This document shows positions 1 through 11,156 of a stretch of DNA of 64,000 nt, one piece after another. The position numbers and the translations under genes were made by a program. The stretch's first letter is position 1. Every line of letters begins with the position of its first letter. Source of the DNA: Megasphaera sp. (GTDB taxonomy: Bacteria; Bacillota; Negativicutes; Veillonellales; Megasphaeraceae); the NCBI GenBank assembly GCA_022641375.1, contig JALCDF010000003.1, positions 363 to 64,362 of the forward strand. The letters run 5' to 3'. The notes below the pieces were generated by a model, which did not search any database, was not told the origin of the DNA, and saw nothing but the letters and a program-made list of their open reading frames with translations.

Positions 1-406
1 AAGTCGTCGCTGTACCAAAATCTATAATGATAACAGGTCCGCCATATTTCCCATATGCTGCTACAGCATTTACGATACGGTCGGCACCGACTTCACGGGG
101 ATTATCATATTTAATATCCATGCCGGTCTTGACTCCGGGACCGATTACCAGCGGTATTAACCCAAAATAACGTTGGCACATCCGTTCCAGTGTCGGCATG
201 ATTGGCGGTACTACGGAAGAAATAATGATGGCATCTATCTCTTCTGAATTGACCCCATTCAAATAAAATAAATTGCGGATAAGTACACCATATTCATCAG
301 TCGTCCGCAACCGATTCGTTGAAACCCGCCAATGATCCAGCAATTTTTTTTCTCTAAAAACACCTAACACAATATTTGTATTCCCTACATCAATTACTAA
401 TAACAT
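1..406 (-). CDS. coaX: Type III pantothenate kinase (3' end runs off window)
   Basis: Manual translation from ATG at 406 gives [17 protein letters not shown]...HWRVST...TTDEYG, the type III PanK N-terminal motif; later [12 protein letters not shown] and [10 protein letters not shown]; sits downstream of birA. Confidence 0.93.
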   Translation of the reverse strand, partial: MLLVIDVGNTNIVLGVFREKKLLDHWRVSTNRLRTTDEYGVLIRNLFYLNGVNSEEIDAIIISSVVPPIMPTLERMCQRYFGLIPLVIGPGVKTGMDIKYDNPREVGADRIVNAVAAYGKYGGPVIIIDFGTATT

Positions 407-537
407 AACATGCTGTCTCCCCTATTAAAATATGAAGTTATTTATGCCTAATATCATAACAGAGTTTTCCGTCCTTGAACAGGCCTTTTACTCAAATCAA
501 CCCCATATTCAGAAAAGTAAAAAATTTAATACTGCTT

Positions 538-1512
538 CTATCCAACAGCCGGACGGACATGGACATCCCCGGCAATGACTTTTTGCGGCCCTTCATCAGT
601 CATGACGATGAGATTGCCGGTTTCATCTAAATCTACAGCTTTACCCCTGAATGTCGTATTCGGTAAAATTACGTCTACCATCTGACCCAGCATACAGGAT
701 AAGTTTTTCCATTCCTCTAAAATAGGAGCAAAGCCGCTTTCTTTTGCCAGCATATACTGCGCTTCTAATTGCCGTAATACTTCCTGCAATAATGCCGCCC
801 GGTGTACCGGTACCTTTTCTATGGCGAAGCTGGTTGCTGCTTCGCGTAATTCACGGGGAAGATCTTGCTGGCTTATATCAGTATTGATACCAATGCCCAT
901 CACTAAATAATTAATACGCTCTGCAGACGCATTAAGTTCTGTCAGTATCCCCACCAGTTTGCGATTATGGACCAGGATATCATTCGGCCATTTAATCCCT
1001 CCACCGGTTAATCCCATCTTACGAAATGCTTTCGTTAACGCTACCGCAGCAAGTAATGTCATTTTAGAAACTTCCATAGGAGAAAAATCAGGCCGCAGGA
1101 TGACAGAAAACCAAAGGCCCTTTCCATATGGAGAAAAAAATGACCGGCTCAAACGGCCGCGGCCGCCGGTTTGTTCTTCGGCAATGACGATAGTTCCTTC
1201 CGGTTCTCCCTGGTCTGCCAGTTTTTTCGCCACGTTATTCGTCGAATCCAGCTTTTCATAATAATGGATCGTATGCCCCAATACCTTCGTCTGTAATCCT
1301 TTGCGGATCACATCCGGCTGCAACAATTCCGGTGCGGCCTGCAGACAATATCCCTTTTTTGTGAACGATTCAATGACATAGCCCTTTTTTTTCAACGCAT
1401 GGATATGTTTCCATACCGCCGTCCGGGATATGCCCACATGTTCTGATATTTTTTGACCGGATACAAATTCACCTTTATGCGCCAACAGATACTCTAAAAT
1501 ATCTTGTCTCAT
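538..1512 (-). CDS. birA: Bifunctional biotin--[acetyl-CoA-carboxylase] ligase / repressor
   Basis: N-terminal HTH (SRTAVWKHI), QTGGRGR, KWPND, KLVGIL motifs; start placed at MRQDIL behind GAGGTGG. Confidence 0.95.
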   Translation of the reverse strand: MRQDILEYLLAHKGEFVSGQKISEHVGISRTAVWKHIHALKKKGYVIESFTKKGYCLQAAPELLQPDVIRKGLQTKVLGHTIHYYEKLDSTNNVAKKLADQGEPEGTIVIAEEQTGGRGRLSRSFFSPYGKGLWFSVILRPDFSPMEVSKMTLLAAVALTKAFRKMGLTGGGIKWPNDILVHNRKLVGILTELNASAERINYLVMGIGINTDISQQDLPRELREAATSFAIEKVPVHRAALLQEVLRQLEAQYMLAKESGFAPILEEWKNLSCMLGQMVDVILPNTTFRGKAVDLDETGNLIVMTDEGPQKVIAGDVHVRPAVG

Positions 1513-1567
1513 ACTTCCACCTCTGCCTATAACAATCATTTAAATGTATATTTACCTTGATTAAAGT

Positions 1568-1595
1568 AAAAGCCACAACCCGTAGGCGTGGCTTT
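1568..1595 (-). terminator. Intrinsic terminator after ftsH
   Basis: AAAGCCAC...GTGGCTTT inverted repeat just after the ftsH stop. Confidence 0.65.
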
Positions 1596-1603
1596 CTGCT
1601 CTC

Positions 1604-3550
1604 TTACTCTTTTGTATTACTCGGTACAGCATTTCCCCAGGGACTGACTTCTACCTGGGTTGGTGCAGCTGCTTCGTCCTGCTGAACCGGTTCATCAACA
1701 GCCGGCACATCTGTATCCGTCGTTTCTTTTGTTTCTTTTACATCATCAGGCCCCTGTAAGGTGCCATATTGGACCAGATTATCCACTTGCTGATGATTAA
1801 TCGTTTCTACTTCCACTAATGCATCTGCCATGTGTTTCAATGCATCGATATGGGTACGAAGGATACGTAATGTATCGGCATATGCTTCGGAAACGATGTC
1901 ATGCATTTCCTTATCGATCAATTCGGCGACACCTTCACCATAATTGCGGTCGTGTCCCAAATTTTTCCCTAAAAATACCTGTTCCTGTTGTTCACCAAAT
2001 ACCATCGGGCCCAGTTTTGTACTCATGCCCAGACGGGTAATCATCTGACGGACGATACGGGTAACACTTTGAAGATCCCCGGAGGCACCGCTGCTGATTT
2101 CATTAAAAACAATTTCTTCAGCCGCCCGGCCGCCTAATGCGACCCGGATTTGTGCCAGATAATATGATTTCGTTTCATAAGACCGGTCTTCTTCCGGCAG
2201 CATCATCGTATAACCGCCAGCCCGGCCGCGAGGAATAATCGTAACCTTGTGGACCGGATCAGCATCCGGAAGGAGATAAGCGATGATGGCATGACCTGAT
2301 TCGTGAACTGCCGTCAGCCGTTTTTCCTTATCACTGATGACATGACTGCGCCGTTCCGGACCAAAACATACTTTTTCGCTCGCTTCTTCCAATTCAGGCA
2401 TATTGATGACCTTCTTATTTTCTCTGGCCGCCAACAATGCCGCTTCATTCAACAGATTGCCTAAATCCGCTCCGGTAAATCCAGGCGTCTTCTTAGCAAT
2501 GATTTCCAGATCTACATCTTTTCCCAACGGTTTGCCCTTGGCATGAACTTCGAGAATAGCCCGACGTCCCCGCAAATCCGGACGATCCACTGTAATCTGC
2601 CGGTCAAAACGTCCCGGCCGCAACAATGCCGGATCAAGGATATCCGGACGGTTCGTCGCCGCAATGGTGATAATCCCTTCATTAGCTCCGAATCCATCCA
2701 TTTCAACAAGGAGCTGATTCAGCGTCTGTTCCCGTTCATCATGACCACCGCCGAGACCGGCACCACGTTGCCGGCCGACAGCATCGATTTCATCAATAAA
2801 AACGATACAGGGCGCATTTTTCTTAGCCTGGGCAAAAAGGTCCCGCACACGGGAAGCCCCGACACCAACAAACATTTCTACAAAATCAGAACCGCTGATA
2901 CTGAAAAAAGGTACGCCGGCTTCGCCTGCTACGGCACGAGCTAACAATGTTTTCCCTGTGCCCGGAGGACCAAACAGCAATACCCCTTTAGGGATTTTGG
3001 CGCCAATATTATTATATTTGCTGGGATTACGCAGAAATTCTACGATTTCCGCCAATTCATCTTTGGCTTCATCTTCACCTGCTACATCTTTGAAGGAAAC
3101 TTTTATCTTTCCTTCCCCATGCATTTTCGCATGGCTCTTGCCAAAATTCATGACACGGCCGCCGCCGCCCTGGGTCTGCTGCATGATAAAAAACCACACA
3201 CCAATCAAAATCAGGATCGGTAAAACGGAGGTCAGCATATTCATCCACCAGGATGGCTGTTCGGGTGGTTTGGCAATGACATTTACTTCGGCATCACGCA
3301 GAGCCGGCATAAGTGCCGTATCTGTCGGCGCATAGGAAGTAAAAGATGTACCATCTTTCAGCTGCCCGACAATGGTATGATCTGCCGTAATCTGTATAGC
3401 ATCCACTTTCTTCTGCTGTACCTGATTGAGGAAATTCGTATACGAAATTTCCGACTTATCGGCCTTATTTGTCGTAAAGGCATCGATAATCGATACGGCG
3501 ACAATAATAATAAGTAAGTATAGACTTACGTTACGTACAAATTTACTCAA
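1604..3550 (-). CDS. ftsH: ATP-dependent zinc metalloprotease FtsH
   Basis: Two TM segments, Walker A GPPGTGKT, Walker [12 protein letters not shown] motif, HESGH zinc motif. Confidence 0.98.
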   Translation of the reverse strand: MSKFVRNVSLYLLIIIVAVSIIDAFTTNKADKSEISYTNFLNQVQQKKVDAIQITADHTIVGQLKDGTSFTSYAPTDTALMPALRDAEVNVIAKPPEQPSWWMNMLTSVLPILILIGVWFFIMQQTQGGGGRVMNFGKSHAKMHGEGKIKVSFKDVAGEDEAKDELAEIVEFLRNPSKYNNIGAKIPKGVLLFGPPGTGKTLLARAVAGEAGVPFFSISGSDFVEMFVGVGASRVRDLFAQAKKNAPCIVFIDEIDAVGRQRGAGLGGGHDEREQTLNQLLVEMDGFGANEGIITIAATNRPDILDPALLRPGRFDRQITVDRPDLRGRRAILEVHAKGKPLGKDVDLEIIAKKTPGFTGADLGNLLNEAALLAARENKKVINMPELEEASEKVCFGPERRSHVISDKEKRLTAVHESGHAIIAYLLPDADPVHKVTIIPRGRAGGYTMMLPEEDRSYETKSYYLAQIRVALGGRAAEEIVFNEISSGASGDLQSVTRIVRQMITRLGMSTKLGPMVFGEQQEQVFLGKNLGHDRNYGEGVAELIDKEMHDIVSEAYADTLRILRTHIDALKHMADALVEVETINHQQVDNLVQYGTLQGPDDVKETKETTDTDVPAVDEPVQQDEAAAPTQVEVSPWGNAVPSNTKE

Positions 3551-3697
3551 AATATGGCTCCTTTCATAAAATCTATGTGAAGTTTGTATAATCCAACCAA
3601 TACATTCTTATATTAACATACTTCTTCAAAAGCAACAACAGCTTTTATTAAAATCAACTGATTGTTTTTATACATCCTGCGGGGGACCTCAAACTGC

Positions 3698-4237
3698 TTA
3701 TTTTGCGTAAACTTCTTTTTTTAAAATGCCGATATATGGCAGATTACGATATCTGCCAGCATAGTCAAGACCATAACCGACAACAAACGCATCCGGTATT
3801 TCAAACCCGTTATAGTCAACCTGGACATCTACTTTACGGCGTTCCGGCTTACTCAGCAATGTCGCCAGCCTGACTGAATTGGCTCCGCGGTCTTCCAGGA
3901 GCGGGCGAAGTTTATTCAGCGTAATCCCCGTATCAATGATATCTTCGACGATGAGGATATCCTTCCCCTTCACTTCGCTGTCCAGATCTTTACGAATCTT
4001 AACAAATCCTGACGACTGGGCAGATGTCCCATAACTGGAACAACTCATAAAATCAAAAAGAACAGGGCAATCGATCGTACGGGCCAAATCCGTAAAAAAA
4101 GTAACCGCTCCTTTTAAGATGCCGCACATCAATATCGTCTTGCCGGCATAATCCTTCGTAATCTGTCTGCCCATTTCTTGTACGCGCTGATGAATTTGTT
4201 CTTCCGTCAATAATATTTCCTGCAAATCTGTATGCAT
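3698..4237 (-). CDS. hpt: Hypoxanthine phosphoribosyltransferase
   Basis: ILIVEDIIDTG PRPP loop, FVVGYGLDY; tilS-hpt-ftsH synteny. Confidence 0.97.
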   Translation of the reverse strand: MHTDLQEILLTEEQIHQRVQEMGRQITKDYAGKTILMCGILKGAVTFFTDLARTIDCPVLFDFMSCSSYGTSAQSSGFVKIRKDLDSEVKGKDILIVEDIIDTGITLNKLRPLLEDRGANSVRLATLLSKPERRKVDVQVDYNGFEIPDAFVVGYGLDYAGRYRNLPYIGILKKEVYAK

Positions 4238-4288
4238 GTACGTATTCCTCCTGAATAATGAATATATTTATATCTGATACAGCTATAT

Positions 4289-5278
4289 CTATTTTTTCTT
4301 TTTATTTCGTCCGACCGCATTGCCAATGCATAACGCATCCCATGTCGTATAGGCCCGAAATTTTTTGGTCCGGAATTCTTTTCCGGCTCCCTTGGCCGCT
4401 AATTGCAATACTGTCGTTATCCATATAAAAGAAATATTCAGACTGCTGCCTGTCCATTCTTCCAACAACAATCGAACCAGCCGGCGCTGCATAGCCAGTG
4501 GTTCTGACAAAAGGCATTGTTTCCCTATGGCAATGCTGTCCTTATTCCGTTTGATCCAGCCTTCATATCTTGTTTTAGCTTCCTGGCAGATAAAATCATC
4601 ATCTGCCCTGACAATATCAGCCAGCTGGTTTAAATCATTGATAATCGCCGGGTTATACGCCTGTAATTCCGGCAGCAAATCCATACGGATACAATTGCGC
4701 CGATAGATTCTTGACGCATTCGTTTCATCTATGCAGGGAGAAAACTGATGACTTGCCGCATATTTTTCAATATCCTTGCGCGTTACCGCCAGAAATGGAC
4801 GGATAATCATACCGCTTTTAGGACGCATACCCGCTAAACCCGAAAGCCCGCTGCCCCGTAACAGATGGAGCAGTACTGTTTCTGCCTGATCATTACGGTG
4901 ATGAGCTACAGCAATAGCCGCCGCACCGCAATTTTCAGCTGTATGATACAGCAGGCGATACCGTTCTTCCCGGCCTGTTGATTCTTCCGATTCATGGCGC
5001 CAATGTGCTAAAGCCGGTACATTGACATAATGCCAGACAAAATCACATCCCCGTTTATGAGCTTCCCGTCGTACTACAGCCACTTCTTTATCAGCTGCCC
5101 GGCGAATCCCATGATGAATATAACAGGCTGTAAGGTGTAGATGATATTTATCCCGCAGCCGGGATAAGATATCCAACAGTACCAGTGAATCCGGTCCTCC
5201 GGAACAGGCTACGACGATACGATCCCCATCATGGAATAATTTATGCGTATGACAGAACCTTTCTACCGTTTCAATCAT
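4289..5278 (-). CDS. tilS: tRNA(Ile)-lysidine synthetase
   Basis: SGGPDS PP-loop, AHHRNDQAET, IRPFL, RNCIR; synteny. Confidence 0.95.
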   Translation of the reverse strand: MIETVERFCHTHKLFHDGDRIVVACSGGPDSLVLLDILSRLRDKYHLHLTACYIHHGIRRAADKEVAVVRREAHKRGCDFVWHYVNVPALAHWRHESEESTGREERYRLLYHTAENCGAAAIAVAHHRNDQAETVLLHLLRGSGLSGLAGMRPKSGMIIRPFLAVTRKDIEKYAASHQFSPCIDETNASRIYRRNCIRMDLLPELQAYNPAIINDLNQLADIVRADDDFICQEAKTRYEGWIKRNKDSIAIGKQCLLSEPLAMQRRLVRLLLEEWTGSSLNISFIWITTVLQLAAKGAGKEFRTKKFRAYTTWDALCIGNAVGRNKKKK

Positions 5279-6201
5279 AGTTCTGATTCCGCGCTGCTAT
5301 TCCAGGCTGCATCATGAAAGGAATGCCGGTAAAAGACGCCTTCCATCAGATCTTTTTCGCTTACGATGAATTCGTTGAGACCATAATTCAATAAAAATGA
5401 TCTGGCTATAATAAGTCCCGCTATGATAATGTCACTGCGGCTGGGCTGCAGCCCCGGTACATGCCGCCGTTGTTCCGGCGTCATGCGGCTCAATTTTTTG
5501 ATATGATGCGACAATTGTCCCAACGTGACTTTACAGCCTTCTATGCGTTTGGAATCATATACAGTCAACCCCATATCCATTGCCGCCAGCGTCGTTAAAG
5601 TACCGCCGACGCCCATGAGCAGCTCCGGACGAACTTTCATAGGAAGCCAGATTGACAGGCAACGGCTTTCCAGTTCATGGATATCCTGATCTGTCATCAT
5701 ATCATTTTTTGTGAACCGGACAGCACCCATGGGATAGCTGTGGCTCCAACGGACAAGTCCGCCTGTCCCGGCAGCAACTTCGCTGCTGCCGCCGCCGATA
5801 TCAAGTACGGCAACGATCTTATCCTGCGGTGCGGAAACCGTCGCCCCGCAAAAACTAAGGGACGCTTCTTCTATGCCGGAAATAATCCGGCAATGCCAGC
5901 CAAAACGAGCTCGTATTTCAGCCAAAAAAGCTTTGCCATCACAAGCTTCGCGAACAGCACTGGTAGCTACCGCACAAACAGGAACGTCCTGAAGAAGGGA
6001 TTTCCAATCTTCCATGGCCTGGAAAGATGCATCCATCCCTTCCGGGGATAAATGTCTGGTTTCATCCATGCCCCGGCCTAAACGGGTCGTCGCTAAAATC
6101 TTAGGCGTAAATTCCCATATTCCCGCTGTCTCCTGCCATCCTTTCAGCAATCGTAACGAATTGGAACCGATATCTATGACAGCATATTCATCATGTTTCA
6201 T
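5275..6201 (-). CDS. Ppx/GppA family exopolyphosphatase
   Basis: IDIGSNS, ATSAVREA, ISGIEEA, DIGGGSSE motifs. Confidence 0.92.
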   Translation of the reverse strand: MKHDEYAVIDIGSNSLRLLKGWQETAGIWEFTPKILATTRLGRGMDETRHLSPEGMDASFQAMEDWKSLLQDVPVCAVATSAVREACDGKAFLAEIRARFGWHCRIISGIEEASLSFCGATVSAPQDKIVAVLDIGGGSSEVAAGTGGLVRWSHSYPMGAVRFTKNDMMTDQDIHELESRCLSIWLPMKVRPELLMGVGGTLTTLAAMDMGLTVYDSKRIEGCKVTLGQLSHHIKKLSRMTPEQRRHVPGLQPSRSDIIIAGLIIARSFLLNYGLNEFIVSEKDLMEGVFYRHSFHDAAWNSSAESEL

Positions 6202-6302
6202 GATAACACCTCACTGTATCTCCGGGCCTGATATAGAAAGCAAAAAGAGCATTCCTGAAAGGAATACTCTTTTGGCGGCCCTATGCTTGCCAAGATACAA
6301 AA

Positions 6303-6737
6303 TCAATCAGCATGTCTGGCGCCACGGCCACCACGTTTTGATTCCGTATTCCGTTTCAAATCCATGAGGCGTTCATCGCTTTCCTTCATAAATTTGCTGA
6401 GCCTGTCCTCGAATGATACCGGACCAGACGAACGGCGGTTCGAATTGAACCCGTTATGCTGATGAAATTCACGACGGGGACGAAATTCCTTCTTTTCCGG
6501 AGCCGCCTGGGTCTGCTTAATGGAAAGAGCTATTTTGCCTTTTTCATCAACAGACAAGACTTTAACATTTACCTTGTCCTGCACCTTCAAAAAATCATGG
6601 ACATCCTTTACGTACTCATTAGCGACTTCAGAAATGTGGACTAATCCCACTTTCTTATCCGGTAATTCTACGAATGCGCCAAATTTCGTAATTCCTGTTA
6701 CGGTCCCTTCCAACACACTGCCAACTTCGATTGTCAT
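6303..6737 (-). CDS. S1 RNA-binding domain protein (YabR/YugI-like)
   Basis: GTVTGITKFGAFVEL...GLVHISE S1 motif; SFEDRLSKF tail; start at MTIEVG behind GGAGG. Confidence 0.9.
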   Translation of the reverse strand: MTIEVGSVLEGTVTGITKFGAFVELPDKKVGLVHISEVANEYVKDVHDFLKVQDKVNVKVLSVDEKGKIALSIKQTQAAPEKKEFRPRREFHQHNGFNSNRRSSGPVSFEDRLSKFMKESDERLMDLKRNTESKRGGRGARHAD

Positions 6738-6847
6738 GCTGTTTGTGATTCCTCCTTGTTTTCTCAGCATAGCTGATAAGCGTATGAACACATTATACTC
6801 ATAAACGATAAAAAATTCAATCGTTAAATCCAAATCTATGTATCTCT

Positions 6848-7171
6848 TCAGCGTTTATAAAGAATTTCCCCAGGCTTGGCCAATCCAAATTCTTCCCGTG
6901 CCTTTTGGGCAATTTCACCGGGGTCGCCAGCCTGGTCCTTTCTGGCTTTAAGTCTTTCATTCTCTTCTGTCAGCTCCTGCTCTTGCTGCAAGGTCTGCCG
7001 CATATCCTGATGAATTTCCCATAATTGGTATAGTTTGGTACTGAGAAATAAGCCGCCGAAAATTAATATAAAAAGGATGCAGATCCTGTATTTGGTCCAC
7101 GTCGTCTTTTTTTTATTGCGCAACTTCCGTCTGCCTCGCACATCCGGTTTGCGTCGTTCGGTCTGTCTCAC
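6848..7171 (-). CDS. Septum formation initiator, FtsB/DivIC family
   Basis: Basic N-terminus, single TM, coiled coil, AREEFGLAKPGE motif; divIC-yabR synteny. Confidence 0.85.
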   Translation of the reverse strand: MRQTERRKPDVRGRRKLRNKKKTTWTKYRICILFILIFGGLFLSTKLYQLWEIHQDMRQTLQQEQELTEENERLKARKDQAGDPGEIAQKAREEFGLAKPGEILYKR

Positions 7172-7359
7172 TCTTATTGGTCAGCTCCTTTAAAAAATGC
7201 AAGGTCCTATAAAAGCCTTAATGTATAGTATACCTTTATTTTCAGACAAGATAAAGGGGCTTTTTCAGTTTTATTAAATTTCTCTCTTTAAAAAGAGGAT
7301 ATCTTTCTATATAATAATAGGGAACGTATATAATTTTTTATGCGCAGGAGGTACGCTCC

Positions 7360-8763
7360 ATGAAATATGAAAAAATATCAACAGAAGTATTAGAAAAATT
7401 AAAATCCATTGTTGGAACCAAAAATGTCCAGACCGATTCTGACCGGATACAACCTTATTCCCATGATGAAGTCACCGATCCGGCTTACCATCATATGCCA
7501 GAAGCCGTCGTCTTCGCCGAAACGGCACAGCAAGTCGCCGCCATCGTTCGTTTGGCCAATGACTGCCATTTCCCCGTCGTCCCCCGCGGCGCCGGCACCG
7601 GCCTGGCTTGTGGCGCCGTACCTACATATGGCGGCATCGTAGTATCCCTAGAAAAAATGAATCGAATCTTGGATATCAATGAAGACGGACTGTATGCTGT
7701 CGTGGAACCGGGCGTCCGTACATCCGATCTGCAACAGGCCGCTGAAGCTAAAAATCTTTTCTATGCCGGCGATCCCTGCAGCGGCGATTCCTGCTTTATC
7801 GGCGGCAATATCGCCACCAATGCCGGCGGCAACCGGGCCGTCAAATATGGTACGACCCGTCATCAGGTCTATGCCATAGAAGTCGTCAACCCCAAAGGCC
7901 GTATCGTTCATTTGGGTGCCCGTCTGCAAAAACAGTCTACAGGCTATTGTATGGATCAATTGATCATCGGTTCTGAAGGAACGCTGGGAATCATCACGCA
8001 GGCTACGCTGAAGCTGCTGCCTAAACCCCAATTTTCTTTGGATCTGCTGGCTGTTTTCGATGACACGGAAAAAGCCATTGGTGTCGTCACTAAAATCATT
8101 AAAGCCGGTATTACCCCAACCTGTGTGGAATATATGGATAACATTACCATCAAATCGGTAGAACGATATCTGAACGAAACGCTCCCCGGCAGCACCCACG
8201 GCAACTACCTCATCGTTGAAGTAGAAGGATCCAGTGAGGATGATCTGGATGAAAAAGCCGTTACGTTGGACGAACTCTGCACTCAAAACGGGGCTGACTC
8301 CCTTCTCGTAGCCGATCACGACAAAATTTGGCAGGCTCGTAAAGCCTTTGCCGAAGCGGTCCGCTCCGAAAGTCTCATCGTATGCAAAGAAGATGTCGTC
8401 GTACCGGTCGACAAAGAACCACAATTACTGCATTATATTTTGACATTAGCTAAGAAGTATAATCTGATTACACGCATCGCCAGTCATGCCGGTGACGGCA
8501 ATATCCATCTCAATATCCTGAAAAATGAAGACTCCACCTATGAAGACTGGAACGACCGCGTACATCAGAACCAACAGGAACTCTACACCTTTATTTATCA
8601 GTCTGGCGGTCGTCTCTCCGGAGAACACGGCATTGGCTACAAACGAAAAGCACTTATGGAAGAATTCACCGATCCCGATGAATTAGAAATGATGCGGGAC
8701 ATAAAAAAAGCCTTAGATCCAAATAATATTTTAAATCCAGGAAAAATATTCGACATCAAATAG
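7360..8763 (+). CDS. FAD-linked 2-hydroxyacid (probably D-lactate) dehydrogenase, GlcD/LctD family
   Basis: PRGAGTGL, GGNIATNAGG, GSEGTLG, HAGDGNIH, GEHGIG, DPNNILNPGK motifs. Confidence 0.88.
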   Translation: MKYEKISTEVLEKLKSIVGTKNVQTDSDRIQPYSHDEVTDPAYHHMPEAVVFAETAQQVAAIVRLANDCHFPVVPRGAGTGLACGAVPTYGGIVVSLEKMNRILDINEDGLYAVVEPGVRTSDLQQAAEAKNLFYAGDPCSGDSCFIGGNIATNAGGNRAVKYGTTRHQVYAIEVVNPKGRIVHLGARLQKQSTGYCMDQLIIGSEGTLGIITQATLKLLPKPQFSLDLLAVFDDTEKAIGVVTKIIKAGITPTCVEYMDNITIKSVERYLNETLPGSTHGNYLIVEVEGSSEDDLDEKAVTLDELCTQNGADSLLVADHDKIWQARKAFAEAVRSESLIVCKEDVVVPVDKEPQLLHYILTLAKKYNLITRIASHAGDGNIHLNILKNEDSTYEDWNDRVHQNQQELYTFIYQSGGRLSGEHGIGYKRKALMEEFTDPDELEMMRDIKKALDPNNILNPGKIFDIK

Positions 8764-8786
8764 CAACACTTGTTGCCGGTATGTAT

Positions 8787-8819
8787 AAAGGGACACGTCA
8801 TCATAACGTGTCCCTTTTT
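8787..8819. terminator. Bidirectional terminator between convergent genes
   Basis: AAAGGGACACGT...ACGTGTCCCTTT perfect 12-bp inverted repeat. Confidence 0.8.
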
Positions 8820-8823
8820 GCAA

Positions 8824-10041
8824 TTAGTGCAGATGCGGCAGGATATGCCCCATTTTATTTTTTTTCGTTTCCAAATAAAATTCATCGAATTTCTGTGCTT
8901 CCATTTCAATGGGAACCCGTTCCATAATTTCCACACCAAATCCTTCAAGGCCATACACCTTTTTAGGATTATTTGTCAGAAGTCGTAATTCCCGTGCCCC
9001 CAAATCCTGAAGGATTTGCGCACCAATCCAATATTCACGAAGATCCGGTGCAAATCCTAATTTTTCGTTGGCTTCCACTGTATCGTATCCTTGTTCCTGA
9101 AGAGCATACGCTTTGAGCTTATTGATAAGGCCGATGCCACGCCCTTCCTGACGCATATACAACAGGATGCCCCGGCCTTCTTTATTGATTTGCGTCAACG
9201 CTGCCGCCAGCTGTTCCCCGCAATCACAGCGTTTGGAACCAAAAACATCACCGGTAAGGCATTCCGAATGGACCCGGCAAAGGATATTTTTGCCATCACC
9301 GATATCTCCCTTTACTAATGCCACATGATGTTCCCCTGTCAAATCATTGATATATCCATAAATCTTAAATTCACCATATTTCGTCGGCATATTGGCTTCT
9401 GCTTCACGAGTCACATGTTTATCATGACGACGGCAATAATTCTGCAAATCATGAATCGTAATAAATTTTAAACCATATTGATCGGCAATATCCCACAACT
9501 TCGGCGACCGCTTCATCGTCCCGTCTTCATCCATGATTTCACAACATAAGCCGACTTGTTTTAGTCCCGCCAAACGAAGTAAATCTACCGTAGCTTCCGT
9601 ATGCCCGCTGCGAGTCAAAACCCCGCCGCGCTTGGAAATAAGCGGGAACATATGGCCAGGACGCCGGAATTCTTCCGGACGAGCCATTTCTTCTGTACAT
9701 TTCCGTGCTGTCAATGCCCGTTCTACCGCGGAAATACCCGTTGTCGTATCAACATGATCGATGGAAACGGTAAATGCTGTTTCATGATTATCCGTGTTTT
9801 CACTGACCATCGGCGGCAATCCCAATTTATGGGCATATTCAGCACTCAACGGCATACAAATGAGTCCCTTACCATGCGTCGCCATAAAGTTCATGTTTTC
9901 AGTTGTGCAATATTGAGCCGCACAAATGAAGTCCCCTTCATTTTCCCGATCCGGATCATCCGTAACGACGATGATATGGCCGGCCTGTAATTCTTCCAAT
10001 GCTTCTTTAATCGTATTGTATTGTCTTCTTTTCTTTTCCAT
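8824..10041 (-). CDS. ribBA: Bifunctional DHBP synthase / GTP cyclohydrolase II
   Basis: [44 protein letters not shown]. Confidence 0.97.
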   Translation of the reverse strand: MEKKRRQYNTIKEALEELQAGHIIVVTDDPDRENEGDFICAAQYCTTENMNFMATHGKGLICMPLSAEYAHKLGLPPMVSENTDNHETAFTVSIDHVDTTTGISAVERALTARKCTEEMARPEEFRRPGHMFPLISKRGGVLTRSGHTEATVDLLRLAGLKQVGLCCEIMDEDGTMKRSPKLWDIADQYGLKFITIHDLQNYCRRHDKHVTREAEANMPTKYGEFKIYGYINDLTGEHHVALVKGDIGDGKNILCRVHSECLTGDVFGSKRCDCGEQLAAALTQINKEGRGILLYMRQEGRGIGLINKLKAYALQEQGYDTVEANEKLGFAPDLREYWIGAQILQDLGARELRLLTNNPKKVYGLEGFGVEIMERVPIEMEAQKFDEFYLETKKNKMGHILPHLH

Positions 10042-10066
10042 TATATTAAAAACCTCCTGATATTAC

Positions 10067-10103
10067 AAAATCCCTGAACTATACATACAGTTCAGGGATT
10101 TTT
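10067..10103 (-). terminator. Riboswitch-controlled terminator in ribBA leader
   Basis: AAAATCCCTGAACT/AGTTCAGGGATTTT inverted repeat between the FMN aptamer and the ribBA RBS. Confidence 0.8.
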
Positions 10104-10144
10104 AGTCAAATAGAATAAGCTGCACAAAAAAAGCAGCTATATCA

Positions 10145-10273
10145 TATCTTCTTCCATCCAGACTATACTGTCGGTTTTGGAATTACACCAAATCACGAGC
10201 CGAAACTCTTACGCAATATCATGCGTTCGCGGACTATACCGCCGATCGGGAATTACACCCTGCCCTGAAGATA
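10145..10273 (-). ncRNA. FMN riboswitch (RFN element)
   Basis: Minus strand reads ATCTTCAGGGCAGGGTGTAATTCCCGATCGGCGGTATAGTCCGCGA...GATTTGGTGTAATTCCAAAACCGACAGTATAGTCTGGATGGAAGAAGAT, matching the RFN consensus; upstream of ribBA. Confidence 0.96.
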
Positions 10274-10349
10274 CTATATAATTTCTGTATTTATTATACA
10301 CAGAAATCACTTCATTGGCAAGTATATCCCCAAGACCGATATTTCCTCT

Positions 10350-11021
10350 TTATGACGATGTGTTTTTCAATACGAAATGTTCTTTATGATATTCCAGCAT
10401 GCCTTCTCTTTTCATCTTGCTCAATTCCGCACTCATCGCACTCCGATCAATGGAAAGATAGTCCGCCAGTTGCTGGCGATTGAAGGAAATCGTAAATTCC
10501 GAACTCCCATACCGCCGGGCCTCATCAGATAAAAAAATCATGAGTTTCTGCCGTGTCGACCGTTGTGAAATATACCGTATTTTTTTTGTCAGAATAAAAT
10601 TTTTCTGTGCCATAATCCTCAATAAATTCATAGTCAGCGTTTCCTGAGCAGCCGTCAAATCCGCATGGTGCTTCATGATGTGACTCATATCAATAAAAAG
10701 CACGGCAGCTTTATCTATAACCGCAACGCTGACCGTCGCTGCAACTCCAGGAAGGCAGGCAAAGGCTTCACCAAACATATTTCCTGCTCCAACGGGAGCA
10801 ATAATATTACGATTTCCCCAATAATCTTCCTGAATGATATGAAGTTTTCCGGATAGGACAATACCTATATGATGCACATCATCACCGGCAAAAAAAATAA
10901 AATCGCCTTTTTCATATACTTGTTTATGAACACCAAATTCATGAAGAAGTGTCATAATCGCCCGTTCTTCCATTCCTTGAAACAATGGCGTTTTTTTTAT
11001 GATTGATAGAACCTGTTCCAT
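10350..11021 (-). CDS. Crp/Fnr family transcriptional regulator
   Basis: cNMP-binding-like domain (MFGEAFA) and C-terminal HTH NRQQLADYLSIDRSAMSAELSKM. Confidence 0.9.
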   Translation of the reverse strand: MEQVLSIIKKTPLFQGMEERAIMTLLHEFGVHKQVYEKGDFIFFAGDDVHHIGIVLSGKLHIIQEDYWGNRNIIAPVGAGNMFGEAFACLPGVAATVSVAVIDKAAVLFIDMSHIMKHHADLTAAQETLTMNLLRIMAQKNFILTKKIRYISQRSTRQKLMIFLSDEARRYGSSEFTISFNRQQLADYLSIDRSAMSAELSKMKREGMLEYHKEHFVLKNTSS

Positions 11022-11156
11022 ATATTTTCCTCGTCACTCCCTTTTACAACGGCTGCCTGGACAAAATAAACCTCTATCTAAACAAAAGACCTGCCACAGA
11101 ATCAGCTATACAGCATTTTCTGCAACAAGTCCTTTTCATTCCCCCATACTTAGGGA

